Positions 19,109 to 28,623 of a stretch of 64,000 nucleotides of DNA are shown here, piece after piece. The position numbers and the translations under genes are program-made. The notes under the pieces are model-generated. The model worked only from the letters and a program-made list of their open reading frames with translations, was not told the origin of the DNA and searched no databases. Origin of the DNA: Acidobacteriota bacterium (GTDB lineage: Bacteria; Acidobacteriota; UBA890; WLXD01); NCBI GenBank assembly GCA_036012155.1, contig DASCOT010000033.1, forward strand, positions 106 to 64,105. Direction: 5' to 3'. How positions within the stretch are numbered: the first letter of the stretch is position 1; each line of letters starts with the position of its first letter.

Positions 19109-20005
19109 ATGGCGAAAGATAACCGACGGCGACTACGCAACTACCTGCTCCGACCGCGGCAACAATTCCGTTACGCGCTGGCGCTCTTCTTCCTCACCTC
19201 GATCGGGGCGGGGCTCGTTCAGTTAGCCTCCTACCTGGCCGTCCGCCAGGTCATCGGGCGCGTCCTCAGAGAGGCGGGCGAGAGCGCCGTGGCGCTCGAG
19301 AGCGCGATCGACGGCGCCGTCCGCACCGAGCTCTTGCGCACCATCTGGACGCTGCCGGTGCTCGGCATTGCCACTCTGGTGTTTACAGCGGTTGTTCTGC
19401 ACCGCTTTATCGGACCGCTGGTACCGATCAGCCGGCACCTCGGCAAGCTCATCGAAGGTGACTATGAGGCGCACTCGAGGCTGCGTGCCAAGGACGAGCT
19501 GGTCGATGTCGCGGACCGCCTCAACGAGCTGTCGACGACTCTGAAAGCTCGCCATGGAGCCGAGGCAGAGAAAGCACCGCTCAAGTCGACCGGCACCGAC
19601 AGATTCTCACTCATCGAGCTACTCGTCATTCTGGCGGTCGTAATGGTCATCGGAATGCTCGGCGTGGCGCAGTTCATCACCGCCTTTGACCGCGCCCGCC
19701 AGCGCGGCACGTTGGCGGACATGCGCACCATCGCCGCCGCCAACGGCACGCACGCGGTCGACACCGGTGACTACGCCGACAGCTTCGCCGACCTGACGCC
19801 GTACTACCTGGGCACGGTGCCTCCCATCGACCGCTGGGGTTATGCCTGGAGCTATGAGCACACCGACACGTCCTACACGCTGTCTTCGCAGGGGTCTGAC
19901 GGGCTGTCGGGACCGGCGGCGCCGACCGGATGGGACGGCGACCCTTTCGAATGTGACTTGGTGGTTATGAACGGTACGTTTACACAGGCCCCGGCGACGG
20001 ACTGA
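19109..20005 (+). CDS. HAMP-domain membrane protein fused to a GspG/pilin-like domain
   Basis: N-part has two TM helices and a HAMP (HRFIGPL..LRAKDEL.DVADRLN). C-part has FSLIELLVILAVV, ARQRGTLADMRTI and DRWGYAWSY..SQGSDG. Confidence 0.7.
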   Translation: MAKDNRRRLRNYLLRPRQQFRYALALFFLTSIGAGLVQLASYLAVRQVIGRVLREAGESAVALESAIDGAVRTELLRTIWTLPVLGIATLVFTAVVLHRFIGPLVPISRHLGKLIEGDYEAHSRLRAKDELVDVADRLNELSTTLKARHGAEAEKAPLKSTGTDRFSLIELLVILAVVMVIGMLGVAQFITAFDRARQRGTLADMRTIAAANGTHAVDTGDYADSFADLTPYYLGTVPPIDRWGYAWSYEHTDTSYTLSSQGSDGLSGPAAPTGWDGDPFECDLVVMNGTFTQAPATD

Positions 20006-20049
20006 CATCGCCGAAGGTACCCGTCACGGCCAGCCAATCACAGCAGCAA

Positions 20050-20397
20050 TCAGGGCTCCACGGCGGTCGGCATCTCGACCTGTCTCAGCGGCGTATCGAA
20101 AACCACGGCAACCTCGTGACCCGAGCCGTTGAGCTCAGACCGGCTCACCGTGCCGTAGATCATCGTGCGACCGATCTTGCCGGCCCCGTGTGGGAAATGT
20201 GTCAGACAGCGGACCCCCGGCACCACCGCCCGATCGAGCTGTGCCATGAGCCCACCACAGCCCAGGTTGACGGTCTCGCCGCTAGCGCGAAAAGGCTTTT
20301 CGGTACCGTCGTAGCCGTGCAACTCGACGTCCAGAACGATCGGCAGCGCCAGCGGCCGCCGATCATGCGACCTTCGATCGTCCTGTGCTCGACCCAC
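20050..20397 (-). CDS. Stand-alone PilZ-domain protein
   Basis: RRSHDRR (RxxxR) and NLGCGG ([D/N]xxxxG) in a short beta-rich protein. Confidence 0.7.
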   Translation of the reverse strand: MGRAQDDRRSHDRRPLALPIVLDVELHGYDGTEKPFRASGETVNLGCGGLMAQLDRAVVPGVRCLTHFPHGAGKIGRTMIYGTVSRSELNGSGHEVAVVFDTPLRQVEMPTAVEP

Positions 20398-21301
20398 GTG
20401 TAACCCCCTTGTGCGCCCCCAACAGCACCAGATTCGCGCCCAATATCAAGGTGCCGCCAAGCCATATCGACTCGCCGACCGCCTCGCCGAACACGAGATA
20501 CGCAGCCCACGCAGCAGCCACCGGCTCAACCAAGAGCAACAGACCCGCCGCTGTCATGTCGATGCGGCGCACGCCCCAATTCACCAGAATCATCGGTACC
20601 AGATTGGCGAACAAAGTGTACAAGGCAACCAGTTGCCAATGCACCAGGAACGGCTCCGGCGAGAGTCTCGACCACTCGGCCACGCCGGAGCCCAGGCGCA
20701 GGAACGGCCAGGCGACGAGCAGTATGGTCGACGACGAAGCCGTGTAAGCGAATGCGGTGGTGATCGGCGCATTGCCACGCAGGCCGCTGAGACGTGCCAG
20801 GATCAGCCAAAGCGAGATCATGACGCCGGCGATCAGCGCGCTCAGCATACCTACCCAGGAGTGGTCGAGGCTTGAAGCTCCGGGCTGAAACAGCACCAGC
20901 GTGCCGGCCGCCGCCAACCCGAGCGCGCCCAATTTGCGGCCCGTCACCGGCTCGGCCAACAGGATGCGACCGAACACGAGCGTCCAGATCGGCTGCGTGT
21001 AGAGCAACAGACCGATCAGAGCAATCGGAACTCCCAGCACGATGCTGCCAAACTGGCTCAACTGCAGCACCGCACCGACAGCGCCGTAGGCCAAGAACAA
21101 GCCCCAATCGCGACGACGAGGACGCAGATCGGCTCGCATGGCGAGCAGGCCTCCGAAGGCCAGCGCCGTGACGAGACCCCCCATCAGCGAGATCTCGTAG
21201 AGCGAAAAGCCGCGCTGCGACAACGCACGGCTGCCGACGATGAGCCCCGAGAACAGCGTCGCGCCGCCAGCCACCGCGAGGTATGCGAGAGGCCCGCCCA
21301 T
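20363..21301 (-). CDS. DMT/EamA-family transporter
   Basis: About 10 TM segments in two repeats; LLYTQPIW, EPV, LLLVEPVAA. Confidence 0.85.
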   Translation of the reverse strand: MGGPLAYLAVAGGATLFSGLIVGSRALSQRGFSLYEISLMGGLVTALAFGGLLAMRADLRPRRRDWGLFLAYGAVGAVLQLSQFGSIVLGVPIALIGLLLYTQPIWTLVFGRILLAEPVTGRKLGALGLAAAGTLVLFQPGASSLDHSWVGMLSALIAGVMISLWLILARLSGLRGNAPITTAFAYTASSSTILLVAWPFLRLGSGVAEWSRLSPEPFLVHWQLVALYTLFANLVPMILVNWGVRRIDMTAAGLLLLVEPVAAAWAAYLVFGEAVGESIWLGGTLILGANLVLLGAHKGVTRGSSTGRSKVA

Positions 21302-21315
21302 TGTGTCTTCGGGGT

Positions 21316-22281
21316 TCAGTCGCTGAACCATGCACCGAGCCGCGACGGATCGACGTTGCCTCCACTGAGCACGACCCCGACGCGAAGGCCATGCACTTCG
21401 ACGACCTGCTCGAGGACGGCCGCGGCAGCAAGCGCGCCGGTGGGCTCGACAACGATCTTCAGACGTTCGAGCAGGAAGCGCATGGTTCGTATCAGGGCCT
21501 CATCCGTAACCGTCGCCATGTCGGCCACCTTGGATAGCACGATCGGGAACGTAATGTCACCGAGCGCCAGGGTTCGGGCACCGTCGGCGATGGTGTCGGG
21601 GTACTCGACGCGCTGAAGCGTGCCGCTGCGAAACGATCGATTGGCGTCGTCCCCGGCCTCTGGCTCAACCCCGATCACCCGGCAGCCGGGTGCCATGGCA
21701 TCGGCGGCGATGGCGCATCCCGACAGCAGCCCGGCGCCACCGCACGGCGTCAACAACATGTCGAGTCGTCCTGCTTCTCGAAGCAGCTCGCGCGCAGCTG
21801 TTCCCTGCCCCGCGACGATGTCGGGATGGTCGAAGGGTGGCACCAGCACCAAGCCACGCTCGTCGGCGAGCGCCGCCCCAATCTCCTCGCGCTGCTCGGT
21901 GTGCGGATCGTAGGTGATCACCTCGGCACCGTAGCCGAGCGTCGCCGCGACCTTCACTTGTGGTGCGTCGACGGGCATGACAATCGTCGTTGGGATTTCG
22001 AGAAGCTTGCCGGCAAGCGCAATGGCTTGGGCGTGGTTGCCGCTCGAGTACGCAACCACCCCGCGCGTGGCCTCGTCCGGGGAGAGCTTCGAAAGCGCGT
22101 TGTAGGCGCCGCGGAACTTGAAGGCTCCGCTACGCTGCAAGCTCTCACACTTGAAGAACACCTTGCCGCCACACTGTGCGTCGAAGCTGCGTGAGGACAA
22201 CACCGGCGTCCGATGTGCGACGCCGCGTAGACGCCAGGCAGCAGCCACCACATCGTCATAGCTGACGGCGAGCTCGCTCAT
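21316..22281 (-). CDS. PLP-dependent Ser/Thr dehydratase / serine racemase / threo-3-hydroxyaspartate lyase family
   Basis: FKCESLQRSGAFKFRGA, SSGNHAQ, PPFDHP..VAGQGT, PCGGAGL, VEPTGA, SGGN. Confidence 0.9.
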   Translation of the reverse strand: MSELAVSYDDVVAAAWRLRGVAHRTPVLSSRSFDAQCGGKVFFKCESLQRSGAFKFRGAYNALSKLSPDEATRGVVAYSSGNHAQAIALAGKLLEIPTTIVMPVDAPQVKVAATLGYGAEVITYDPHTEQREEIGAALADERGLVLVPPFDHPDIVAGQGTAARELLREAGRLDMLLTPCGGAGLLSGCAIAADAMAPGCRVIGVEPEAGDDANRSFRSGTLQRVEYPDTIADGARTLALGDITFPIVLSKVADMATVTDEALIRTMRFLLERLKIVVEPTGALAAAAVLEQVVEVHGLRVGVVLSGGNVDPSRLGAWFSD

Positions 22282-23258
22282 TTGTCGTCGCCGCCGCGGC
22301 TCGCGGGATCTCTCGCATACAACGGTCGCTGCGACCGTTCGTCGACGCTCAAGCGGAACACGTCGTTGCGGCCGTAGTGTCCCACCGGATCGAAGTCGTA
22401 TTTGCTGCGGGCTATCTCACGCATGTCGAGCTCGACTACCAGCTTCCCTTCGGCACCGTAGAGCGGTCCGGCAAGCAGCTCTCCATGCGGCGAGTACACG
22501 ACGCTGCCGCCGCGGCACACCTCCTCCGGAAGCTCCTCGATCTCGGAGCTAGCACGCAGATCGCCCGGGTACATGGAACGCGTAACGAACTGATTGCAAC
22601 CGAGCACGAAACAGCGCCCCTCCACTGCCACGTGTCGCATTGTCGCCTGCCACGTGTCGCGGCAGTCAGCCGTCGGGGCAACGTAGATCTCGACACCCTT
22701 GGCGTACATCGTCGCCCGGGCGAGCGGCATGTAGTTTTCCCAGCAGATAAGACCGCCGAGAGTGCCCCACTCGGTACGCACGGTGCTCAGCGTGCTGCCG
22801 TCGCCTTCGCCCCAGATCAGGCGCTCCGACCCGGTCGGCTTCAGCTTCCGATGCTTGGCACACAGCGTACCGTCGGGGCCGAAGTAGGCGAGCGTGCAAT
22901 AGAGCGTGCCGGCGCCGAACCGAGGGTCCCTCTCGATCACCCCGACCGCCAGGTAGACGTGGTTGCCGGCAGCAATGTCGGCGATTCGCTGCCCTTCCGG
23001 GCCAGCGAGATCGACAGAGTTGGCCCAGTAGCGAGCCCACAGGTCGCGCCCCTGCTCGCTGCGGCTACCGACGACAGCCCCAAACGAAAGGCCGCGAGGA
23101 TATGCCGGAATGAACGCCTCCGGCAACACTACCAGACGCGCTCCTGCGGAGGCGGCGTCGGCAACCAGATCGGCGAGCTTGTCGATGGTCGCATCACGCT
23201 CGAACAACACTGGCGCTGCCTGCACGACGGCCGCACGAACGATGGGGAACTTGTTCAT
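22278..23258 (-). CDS. Nitrilase (carbon-nitrogen hydrolase)
   Basis: Glu-Lys-Cys triad: LPEAFIPAYP, KHRKLKPT..ER, GLICWENYMP; also FDPVGHY. Confidence 0.92.
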   Translation of the reverse strand: MNKFPIVRAAVVQAAPVLFERDATIDKLADLVADAASAGARLVVLPEAFIPAYPRGLSFGAVVGSRSEQGRDLWARYWANSVDLAGPEGQRIADIAAGNHVYLAVGVIERDPRFGAGTLYCTLAYFGPDGTLCAKHRKLKPTGSERLIWGEGDGSTLSTVRTEWGTLGGLICWENYMPLARATMYAKGVEIYVAPTADCRDTWQATMRHVAVEGRCFVLGCNQFVTRSMYPGDLRASSEIEELPEEVCRGGSVVYSPHGELLAGPLYGAEGKLVVELDMREIARSKYDFDPVGHYGRNDVFRLSVDERSQRPLYARDPASRGGDDK

Positions 23259-24190
23259 CTGCGCTCGAAGAACTCCTGCAAGACATCGATGACCTCGAGG
23301 GGCTGCTCCTCGTGCGGATAGTGCCCTGCCCCGTCGATCACCGCCACACGCTCGAGGCCGGGAGCGCGGACCTGCAACTCGAGGTATTCCTCGAGCGGCA
23401 CCATCAGATCGCCGCCACCAGCCACCACGAGAACGGGAAAGCTCATGCGCGACCAGTCGGCCCGCGATCGGGCGCCGAGTCGCCACCCCTCTTCAAGTTC
23501 CAGGTCGCGAAAGTACCGCGCCGTCGCGGCGCGGACGTCGCCTCGACCGAAGGAATCGACATGGCGCTGCACACGCTGCGCCGAGAGCGCGTCAATGCCG
23601 CCAGCCACGGTAAGGCCGAGCATCCGCTGCACGAACAGCTCAGCGTTCAACATCAGTGCAGTCGCGGACTCGGGATCATCGTGCAAGTCGCGTAAGTCAG
23701 GCATGCGGCTCAGGTCGTAGCGTTCGACGGGCGCGCTGACATGCGCGTAGGCGATGATCCGTTGCGGATGTTCGCCAGCCAACCGCGCGCCGACCATCCC
23801 GCCCCAGTCGTGGCCCACCAGGTAGAAGCGGTCGACGTCGATTTGCTCGAGCAACGCGGCGAGCTCGTCTGCCACAGCCGCGACACTGTAGTCGCCGTCA
23901 CTTGTGCTCGAGAGCCCTGCACCTTTGAGATCGACCGCCAACACACGAAAGTCGAACGCCATCGTCTCGATGAGCTCGCTCCAGGCGTACCAGCTCTCCG
24001 GAAAGCCGTGCAGGGCCACGAGCGGCGGGCCCGATCCAGCCTCCACCCAGTGCCAGCGCTCCCCGTCGACGGTCGCGAAGCGATGCACGGCGCCAGGGAC
24101 GAGCGGCTCCGCGTCGCCATCGGCTGGGCCACAGGCGACAGTTGCCCACACCAACATCGCCACCCAGCATAGGCTTCGATCTCCACTCAT
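23255..24190 (-). CDS. Alpha/beta hydrolase, epoxide-hydrolase-like, with lipoprotein signal
   Basis: LHGFPESW, GHDWGG (Asp nucleophile), GAGHYPHEE, N-terminal ..WATVACG. Confidence 0.8.
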   Translation of the reverse strand: MSGDRSLCWVAMLVWATVACGPADGDAEPLVPGAVHRFATVDGERWHWVEAGSGPPLVALHGFPESWYAWSELIETMAFDFRVLAVDLKGAGLSSTSDGDYSVAAVADELAALLEQIDVDRFYLVGHDWGGMVGARLAGEHPQRIIAYAHVSAPVERYDLSRMPDLRDLHDDPESATALMLNAELFVQRMLGLTVAGGIDALSAQRVQRHVDSFGRGDVRAATARYFRDLELEEGWRLGARSRADWSRMSFPVLVVAGGGDLMVPLEEYLELQVRAPGLERVAVIDGAGHYPHEEQPLEVIDVLQEFFERR

Positions 24191-24207
24191 CGACGATACT
24201 GCCAACC

Positions 24208-24636
24208 TCAGTACACTGCCCACAAGCCGGGGGTGACCAGCTCGACAAGATGGCCGTCGGGATCGCGGAAGAACACGCTCTCGCCCCCGGGCGACCAGCG
24301 CATCCGGCTTTCGACCTCGATTCCGTCCACCGCCAGACGCTGCTCCCAAGCATCGAGCTCGCCTGCCGGCACGGCAAACGCGACGTGCAACTGTCCGGCA
24401 CCGTCGTGGGGCGGGATCTTGCCCTCCGGCGTTTCCTTCCCATCCGATGAGCCACCGCGGCGAAACAACAAAAGCACCTGCCCTTCGCAGATCGCCAGCA
24501 CCCGCAGGCGCTCGTCACCGACGAGTCGCTCGAAGCCGAACAGGTCTCGGTAGAAGGACTCGGCGCACTCCAGGTCCGACACGTAGAGCGAAGTCTCTAC
24601 GATGCCGCCGACACGGAGCTCCGGCGCGGCGGTCAC
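24208..24636 (-). CDS. VOC/glyoxalase-family protein
   Basis: VETSLYVSDL, LHVAFAV, FFRDPDGHLVEL. Confidence 0.88.
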   Translation of the reverse strand: MTAAPELRVGGIVETSLYVSDLECAESFYRDLFGFERLVGDERLRVLAICEGQVLLLFRRGGSSDGKETPEGKIPPHDGAGQLHVAFAVPAGELDAWEQRLAVDGIEVESRMRWSPGGESVFFRDPDGHLVELVTPGLWAVY

Positions 24637-25199
24637 AGCCCGCCTGCCGATGGCAGCGAGTCACCGTCGCCAAAATAGACCGCCTGATTCAGGAACGGTA
24701 CGAGCGTGACCACGAGCCCCGCCACATACAGGGCACGGCGGTCCATCACGCCGCGCGTAAGAAACCCGATCGCTCCCCCCTTGTGCTTGCTGTTGTGCTG
24801 ACCGGTCAGCTCGTCCATCACAATGCCCAGCTCGCGTCCGGCCAGCACCTGGCGAGCAACCTCGGGCGGCAGCTCGAAGTGGGGCGAGCTTCCCAGAGCT
24901 TCGCGGCCGTGCCGGTCGGTGACGCACATGCCACCGAAGGCAAACACTCGCCCTGCCTGTTCGACGATTCCACCCTCGATACCGACAAAGTAGTCGACAT
25001 CGGGGACATCGCGCACGGAGCGCAGCGCCGTGGCCCGATTGCGTGCACCGATCAGCGTCTCGTCATTCACCGGCTGATCAGGCACGCCCGAAGGAACCGC
25101 TCGGCCCTGTACCTCGAGCTCGTCGAAGAAAAGGCCGAACGCCTCTTCTACCGAAGCTCGCTTTACCGGGTTCGCGGAGCCGATGAGCACTCTCATCAT
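24633..25199 (-). CDS. yjjX: Non-canonical purine NTP phosphatase (inosine/xanthosine triphosphatase)
   Basis: GSANPVK, VPSGVPDQP, GARNRA, VGIEGG, ELG.VMD, GAIGFLT. Confidence 0.85.
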   Translation of the reverse strand: MMRVLIGSANPVKRASVEEAFGLFFDELEVQGRAVPSGVPDQPVNDETLIGARNRATALRSVRDVPDVDYFVGIEGGIVEQAGRVFAFGGMCVTDRHGREALGSSPHFELPPEVARQVLAGRELGIVMDELTGQHNSKHKGGAIGFLTRGVMDRRALYVAGLVVTLVPFLNQAVYFGDGDSLPSAGGL

Positions 25200-25684
25200 T
25201 GCGTGCTCCCCGACTTCGCGCGTTCGAAGTGCAGGCGGTTGCCGGTCGGGAACCACAGCGTCAGGGCCTCCCCTACTACCGCCGCACGCGCTGCCTCGGG
25301 CACCGACTGCTCCGGCCGTCGGGCGATCATCCGAAGCGGCGCCTCGGGCAGGCCCGAGACCGCCTCGCCTGCCGAAAGATTGAGCTCATGCTGGAACGTC
25401 AGCTGGTCGCCGACGAGCTCGTATGTCCCGCCCTCGCCTGAGCCCCGCTGAGGATTGCCCGACGCATCCATGACAAAGAACAAGACCTGCCAGTGCCCAT
25501 CCTGAAAAAAGATGCGGCCACGCACCGGATGGCGGCTGCCGCCGGCAAGCCGGTAGGTTCGAGCGTCCCACACCCCCTCGATGCCCTCCCGCGGCGCCGC
25601 CACCGAGGCTCTCGACAAACCCATGTAGCCGAGCGCGACGAGTAAGATCGGCAGAAGCACCCATCGCATCATCGATCGTTCCAT
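25196..25684 (-). CDS. Hypothetical exported protein (possibly lipocalin-like beta barrel)
   Basis: Signal peptide, then EGVW and alternating beta strands. Coupled to the downstream gene. Confidence 0.55.
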   Translation of the reverse strand: MERSMMRWVLLPILLVALGYMGLSRASVAAPREGIEGVWDARTYRLAGGSRHPVRGRIFFQDGHWQVLFFVMDASGNPQRGSGEGGTYELVGDQLTFQHELNLSAGEAVSGLPEAPLRMIARRPEQSVPEAARAAVVGEALTLWFPTGNRLHFERAKSGSTQ

Positions 25685-25735
25685 CCGCCACCTCCGAGCC
25701 TCTACAATGGCCACTCCCTGTCAAGCGGTGCCCTG

Positions 25736-26059
25736 ATGCAATTGCAGACTCGAATCGAAAGCAAGCTACAAGACGCTCTCCACCCCGATCGCCTCGAGGT
25801 GGTGAACGAGAGCGGGATGCACAATGTGGCGCCGGGATCGGAAACCCACTTTCGCGTGTTCGTGGTATCGGCCGCCTTCACCGGTGAGACCCTGGTGCGG
25901 CGCCACCAGCGAATTTACCAGTTGCTTGACGCCGAGAGGCGGGACGGGATCCATGCGCTGGGGATCCAGACGCTAACGCCCGAAGAGTTCGCCGACGCGG
26001 AAGCGGCACGCATCGAGTCACCGCCATGCCTGGGTGGCGACGGCAAGGCCCAAGCCTGA
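25736..26059 (+). CDS. bolA: BolA-family protein
   Basis: LEVVNESGMH, SETHF, RHQRIY, IHALGI. TACAAT about 30 bp upstream. Confidence 0.9.
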   Translation: MQLQTRIESKLQDALHPDRLEVVNESGMHNVAPGSETHFRVFVVSAAFTGETLVRRHQRIYQLLDAERRDGIHALGIQTLTPEEFADAEAARIESPPCLGGDGKAQA

Positions 26060-26121
26060 CGCGAATCGATACGGAACGCCCCGATGGCCCCCGGCACTCG
26101 CCAATCAGAGCGGTGTCGATC

Positions 26122-26706
26122 TCAGCGCTTGCCGAACAGCCCTCCGAGCACGCTGGCGCCCATTCGCAGGACGTCGTCGGTAGCGTCGCCGTCGCCGTCG
26201 GCATCGAGCAACTGCCCCAGCATCCCGGGTGCCCTACGCTCGACACGATCCTGCTCCCCAGAGAGCATACCCGCCAGCCCGCCGGCGTCGAGGCCCTGCT
26301 GACGTTGCTGCTTGCCGAGCATGCCCATCACGATGGGCGCCAGCAACGGCAACAACTTTGCCATCGTGCCGGCGTCCAGACCGCTGGAGCGGCTGAGGCT
26401 CTGCTCCATCGGCGCACGCCGACTTCCCAGGACATGCCCGAGGATTCCATCGCCATCGCCCGAGCCACCGCTGATCAAGCTACTCAGATCGTCGAGCACG
26501 CTCCCATCGTGGTCGCGCTGTAGAGCATTCGAGAGGGACTCGGCACCGCCCGGTGAGGCAGCATTTCGCGCCAATGCGCCGACCAACGCCGGCAACGCCG
26601 CGCTCACGGCGTGTCCGGTGGCCTCCTCGTCGGAGCCAAGTTGGCGGGCAAGATCAGCGACAAGGCTTCCGCCCGCCTGTTGGGCGAGCATTTCGAGCAA
26701 GGACAT
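26122..26706 (-). CDS. DUF937-family protein
   Basis: ALPALVGAL..NA, HDGSVLD, GILGHVLG, LAPIVMG.LG, LDADGDG. Confidence 0.8.
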   Translation of the reverse strand: MSLLEMLAQQAGGSLVADLARQLGSDEEATGHAVSAALPALVGALARNAASPGGAESLSNALQRDHDGSVLDDLSSLISGGSGDGDGILGHVLGSRRAPMEQSLSRSSGLDAGTMAKLLPLLAPIVMGMLGKQQRQQGLDAGGLAGMLSGEQDRVERRAPGMLGQLLDADGDGDATDDVLRMGASVLGGLFGKR

Positions 26707-26857
26707 CGGCTTCCTCTCTAGGGACCGCTAAACGCGCGGGGTGCGGGGTGGGTGTGGCGCTTCAGGAAAGCGTATCGACGCCCGATGCACAAGGCACGGT
26801 ATTGTCTGCCCTGGAGCTGTCGGATGGTCGACAGCTCCTCATACCCGGAGGAGGGCT

Positions 26858-27760
26858 GTGCGAATCGCTACCGTGAGCTTGATCGTCCCGCTGGCCTGTG
26901 CCGCAACCCTGTGCGCCTCCCTTCTCCCGGCAACGCAGGCGACACCCGGGACCGACATTTTTCTCGCCGATCTGGATCTTTCGTCGAGCCCGCCGGCCCT
27001 GAATGCGACACGCAACCTCACCAACCGGCCGGGCTACGACAACCAACCCCATTTCGAGCCCGAGGGTGGCGGGTTGCTATACACCTCGCAGCGGGGCGAC
27101 CAGACAGACGTCTTCCGGGTGGATCTGTCCTCGGGAGAACACACGCAAATCACCGATACACCGGAATCGGAATACTCGCCCAATGTAGTGTGGCCCGACA
27201 ACGAGGGCATTTCGGTCGTGCGAGTCGAGATCGACGGCACGCAGCGATTGTGGACCTTCAGGCGCGACGGCACCCAGCCGAGACTCCTGCTTCCCGACCT
27301 CTCTCCGGTCGGCTATCACGCATGGAACCGCTACGGCTCGTTGATCCTGTTCGTCCTCGGCGAACCGTCGACACTGCAGCTTGCCGACCTTTACGCAGGT
27401 TCCACCAGGACGGTGGCGCAGGACGTCGGTCGTTCGCTACAGGCGCGCCACGACCCAGACTTCTTCAGCTTCCTGCAGCGCCAAGACGACCACTGGGCGA
27501 TCCGGTTGGTAAACCCCGGCACCGCAGCGGTGTTCGAGCTCGTCGACGCGCTGGCCGGCAGCCAAGACCTGGCCTGGACTCCGGACGGCCGCATGCTGAT
27601 GGCCACGGGATCACAGGTTTTCGTGCGCGACCCGTTCCAGGACGATAGCTGGATACCGGCGGCGGACCTGTCGGCGGCGGGTCTGAACGCGATCACGCGC
27701 CTGGCAGTAAGCCCGAAGGGCGATCAGATTGCGCTGGTATCGGACGACCTCGAGGACTGA
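26858..27760 (+). CDS. Exported TolB-like (PD40) beta-propeller protein
   Basis: GYDNQPHF, ESEYSP, VGYHAW, AVSPKGD; GTG start after a GGAGGAGG RBS; signal peptide. Confidence 0.75.
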   Translation: MRIATVSLIVPLACAATLCASLLPATQATPGTDIFLADLDLSSSPPALNATRNLTNRPGYDNQPHFEPEGGGLLYTSQRGDQTDVFRVDLSSGEHTQITDTPESEYSPNVVWPDNEGISVVRVEIDGTQRLWTFRRDGTQPRLLLPDLSPVGYHAWNRYGSLILFVLGEPSTLQLADLYAGSTRTVAQDVGRSLQARHDPDFFSFLQRQDDHWAIRLVNPGTAAVFELVDALAGSQDLAWTPDGRMLMATGSQVFVRDPFQDDSWIPAADLSAAGLNAITRLAVSPKGDQIALVSDDLED

Positions 27761-27769
27761 GACCGCGGG

Positions 27770-28525
27770 TTAGCTGGCGTGGGCGCGCGCCAGCTCCGAG
27801 AAACCGGCCACACCGAGACGTTCCAGCACGGCCTCGAGAGTGCGGATGACGTCGCAATCCGTGGGTGTGTTGCCAGCGTAGCGATCGGTGCGATCAAGCA
27901 GAATGGCCCTCATTCCGATGCTGCGCGCGCCTTCCCAGTCCTTTCGCAGGCTGTCGCCGACGTGCACGGCTTGATCCGCCCTTACATCCAGCTCTGCCAG
28001 GGCTCGCTGGAAGATCCCCGCACCCGGCTTGGCAACTCCGGCGCGCGAGGAAAACACCACTGAATCGAACCAGATGCTCATGTTGAGCGCCAACAGCACG
28101 TCCTCGATCCGCGAGTCGAAGTTGGACACAACGCCGAGCCGATAGCCGGCGGAGCGCAACAGGCACAGTACCGATGCCGCCTCGCGATATGGCTTCCACC
28201 CCTCGGCACCGCGATACAGCGAGTACAGCTCGGCGAAGAATTCGTCAAAGTCGTCGACCCGCTGATCGGCCGACTCCACCACACGCTCCACCAGCGTCCG
28301 CCACCATTGGCGCTCGCGCTGGCGTAGCTGGTCATCGTGCATCGGGGGAAACGCCAATGGCGGCATGTCGGGAAAGACCGCGAAGAACGCCCCTTCGATC
28401 GCCGCGGTCGAGAGTTCGGCGCCGTGTCGCTTGGCGACCGCCGCGTATGTCTCGCCGACCGGGAATCGCACCTTCAAGAGCGTGCCACGGGCATCGAACG
28501 TGACCACTCTGATGTCGCGACTCAT
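27770..28525 (-). CDS. HAD-IA family hydrolase (REG-2/HDHD3-like)
   Basis: FDARGTL, VSNFD, KPGAGIF, HVGDS..D. Confidence 0.85.
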   Translation of the reverse strand: MSRDIRVVTFDARGTLLKVRFPVGETYAAVAKRHGAELSTAAIEGAFFAVFPDMPPLAFPPMHDDQLRQRERQWWRTLVERVVESADQRVDDFDEFFAELYSLYRGAEGWKPYREAASVLCLLRSAGYRLGVVSNFDSRIEDVLLALNMSIWFDSVVFSSRAGVAKPGAGIFQRALAELDVRADQAVHVGDSLRKDWEGARSIGMRAILLDRTDRYAGNTPTDCDVIRTLEAVLERLGVAGFSELARAHAS

Positions 28526-28623
28526 CTCTGTACCCTCAGCTGAGATCCTGGAGTTAGCGTTCCGAGATCAATCGCTCGGCTCGGGGGCCGAACCCTCGTA
28601 TCGTAGCTGCTTGACGATCCGGT

